From NCBI GenBank assembly GCA_964016885.1, contig OZ024758.1:5332001-5396000 (forward strand): a stretch of 64,000 nucleotides of DNA. Direction: 5' to 3'. The stretch comes from Eledone cirrhosa. Lineage: Eukaryota. The position numbers were made by a program, and so were the translations under genes. The notes under the pieces are model-generated. The model was not told the origin of the DNA. It was given only the letters and a program-made list of their open reading frames with translations, and ran no database searches. This document shows positions 62,066-64,000 of the stretch, piece after piece (the stretch's first letter is position 1; each line of letters opens with the position of its first letter).

Positions 62066-63899
62066 GAAAAACTATAAAACAATAAATATATTTTTGTAGA
62101 ATTTAAATCTGTGTTGTTGATTTTATTTGAAAACTATTCTAATTACCATATATAGTCAAATATAAGGCAGTGAATTGGCAGAGTTTTTTAGAATGTTGGA
62201 TAAAGTGCTTTATGGTATTTGTTCTGGCTTTCTGCTCTCTCAGTTCAAATCCCACCAAAGTCAATTTTGCCTTTCATCCTTTAGAGGTCAATAAAAAAGT
62301 ACCAGTCTAGTACTGGGGTTGATTCTTTCTCTATATTTCTTTCTATCTTTCTCTGAAAGAAATCTGCTGTATTCAGACCTGGAGAGAGGATGGGTTTCGC
62401 CAGGTTTAAGATGCCCAAGAAATGCCATATGTCAATATGGTGTCCTTGCTCCATCAGGAGTTATGGGACCATACCATACCATTTGAATATAAGCCGAGGA
62501 ATATGTAACCAAAAATTCGATGGGAGGGGGTTAACTTAGATACACCATCTGAGTAATGTGTTGATTAGCTGCCTCAGTATATTAGCAGGGTTTGGATTTT
62601 TGCCTATTCCTCAAATATAAAATGGGGAGTGGGAGCAACTTATATTTGAGTATGTCTTTTAGAGGCATCTAGGGCTGTAGTTCTAGATACCTCTACAGGT
62701 ATGGGATAGTCACAGTTGGAAGGTCTTTGATCAGGGCCTCAATTCAAGTTATACAATTTACAGGGAAAATTCTAAAATAACATTTGAAGGTATGATGGCT
62801 TTTCAAGGGCCACTCCTGGTTACCACCTGAGCATCAATGAAGTAGAGTGGGATGTTTCTTTTGTTAAATCACGTAACACTGGAAGAATAGTCTCCAGTTA
62901 TGGAATCGGACCCACGACATTAAGATCGTTAGTAAAACACACTACCAGGACATATCATTTTTTTTGCTATTCAAGGAAAAGAAGTCATTTGTTAGAAAGA
63001 AGAATTTAAAAGGGTTTTCACCCACAACACTCTCGAAATTTTTTGCAGTCAGTGTCAAATTACCTGTCTGGGGATGTCATAATACTCTCGGGTTCCAAAT
63101 AATGGGGGGGGGGGGGGTTAAGTGAGGGAGTTGGAAATTTGTTAATTTTTCTAGGTGGTTTCTGTTGATTATTTAAAAAAAAAACAATTAGTTTACATAT
63201 TGAGACGCCTACCCAACCTATTTATTTTATTACGTACGGGATTTGTAGTAATGTACTTATTTTTATCATGTATGTTTTTTTAATGTCACAGGAATCCTTC
63301 CACTTAAAATAAAATTTCGCCGGAGATAGATTAAGGAAATTTAATAAGTGCAATGGTTGGGAAAAAATCTGAAAAACAAATAAATGGGAGACGATTAGTC
63401 GAGTCCCAGGAGTATTTAGCAAAGATCAAACTCAATTCCAAAGTTATGGCACCAGCCGATAAATTTTTTATGAATTAAATTTTAGTTATCTCCCTTGGTT
63501 TAATTCTTTTAATTGTTCATCATGGATGCAATTTTGATCCACTGGGCTATACTTCCATTAGTATTGAATTATTATGTAGCAAATGTTGCTAAAATTGAAC
63601 ATACAGATATACAGTGTAAAGCGCTTATTACCATCACTTTCGAGTGAAGTCTTTTCAATGTCAATAACTGACTGATTCTAACGAGTGGATAGTTTTTAAT
63701 TCATTTTAAATAAACAATTTGCAACTTACTAACATTGTTCGTGATTATAATAAACAGCTTCCTCTGTGTCTATAATCACACACATACATATATATATTAA
63801 TCAATGTGCTGAGTTTCTTTCAAATCATATGCTTGGTTGGTCACCTATCTGTCCAACTCGTTTGACTACCAGCGTATCATGAACAATCATACATCTATG

Positions 63900-63984
63900 T
63901 ATTTTGTCTGACGAGGACATGTTCTGTTTTATGTTTTTATGTTATACATAAATCTTGCATCTCCGAAATATATATAATGAAATA
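63900..63984 (+). ncRNA. Type I hammerhead ribozyme motif (intact core)
   Basis: tattttgt-CTGACGA-ggacatg...catctcc-GAA-ATATATAT-A-atgaaata; same architecture as 2793-2857 and 32008-32082. Confidence 0.65.
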
Positions 63985-64000
63985 AATAGAGATGATACAA

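Overview
AT-rich, microsatellite- and transposon-dense eukaryotic DNA. The SINE families and base composition suggest a coleoid cephalopod, probably Octopus (inference). Four spliced protein-coding genes were assembled by hand from GT/AG boundaries: (1) the 3' end of a class B1 (secretin-family) GPCR on + (TM7 exon 4747-4788, then two alternative helix-8/C-tail terminal exons at 16382-16465 and 19522-19800); (2) a 5-exon NmrA-like gene (+, 34225-39657, 329 aa); (3) 15-exon NOP58 (-, 52855-39838, 501 aa), whose introns host box C/D snoRNAs (two SNORD70-like copies in one intron and one apparently orphan guide); (4) a 4-coding-exon C1orf131/FSAF1-like gene (+, 59692-62065, 156 aa) divergent from NOP58. 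The rest is MetaSINE-like SINEs, RTE/CR1/R4 LINE fragments, piggyBac/Tc1-mariner/hAT MITEs, minisatellites and long perfect palindromes. It also holds a dispersed set of type I hammerhead-ribozyme motifs with covarying stems, some arranged as back-to-back palindromes. Most ORF-track entries are translations of simple repeats. Repeat coordinates are approximate, family names come from recall, and no searches were run.
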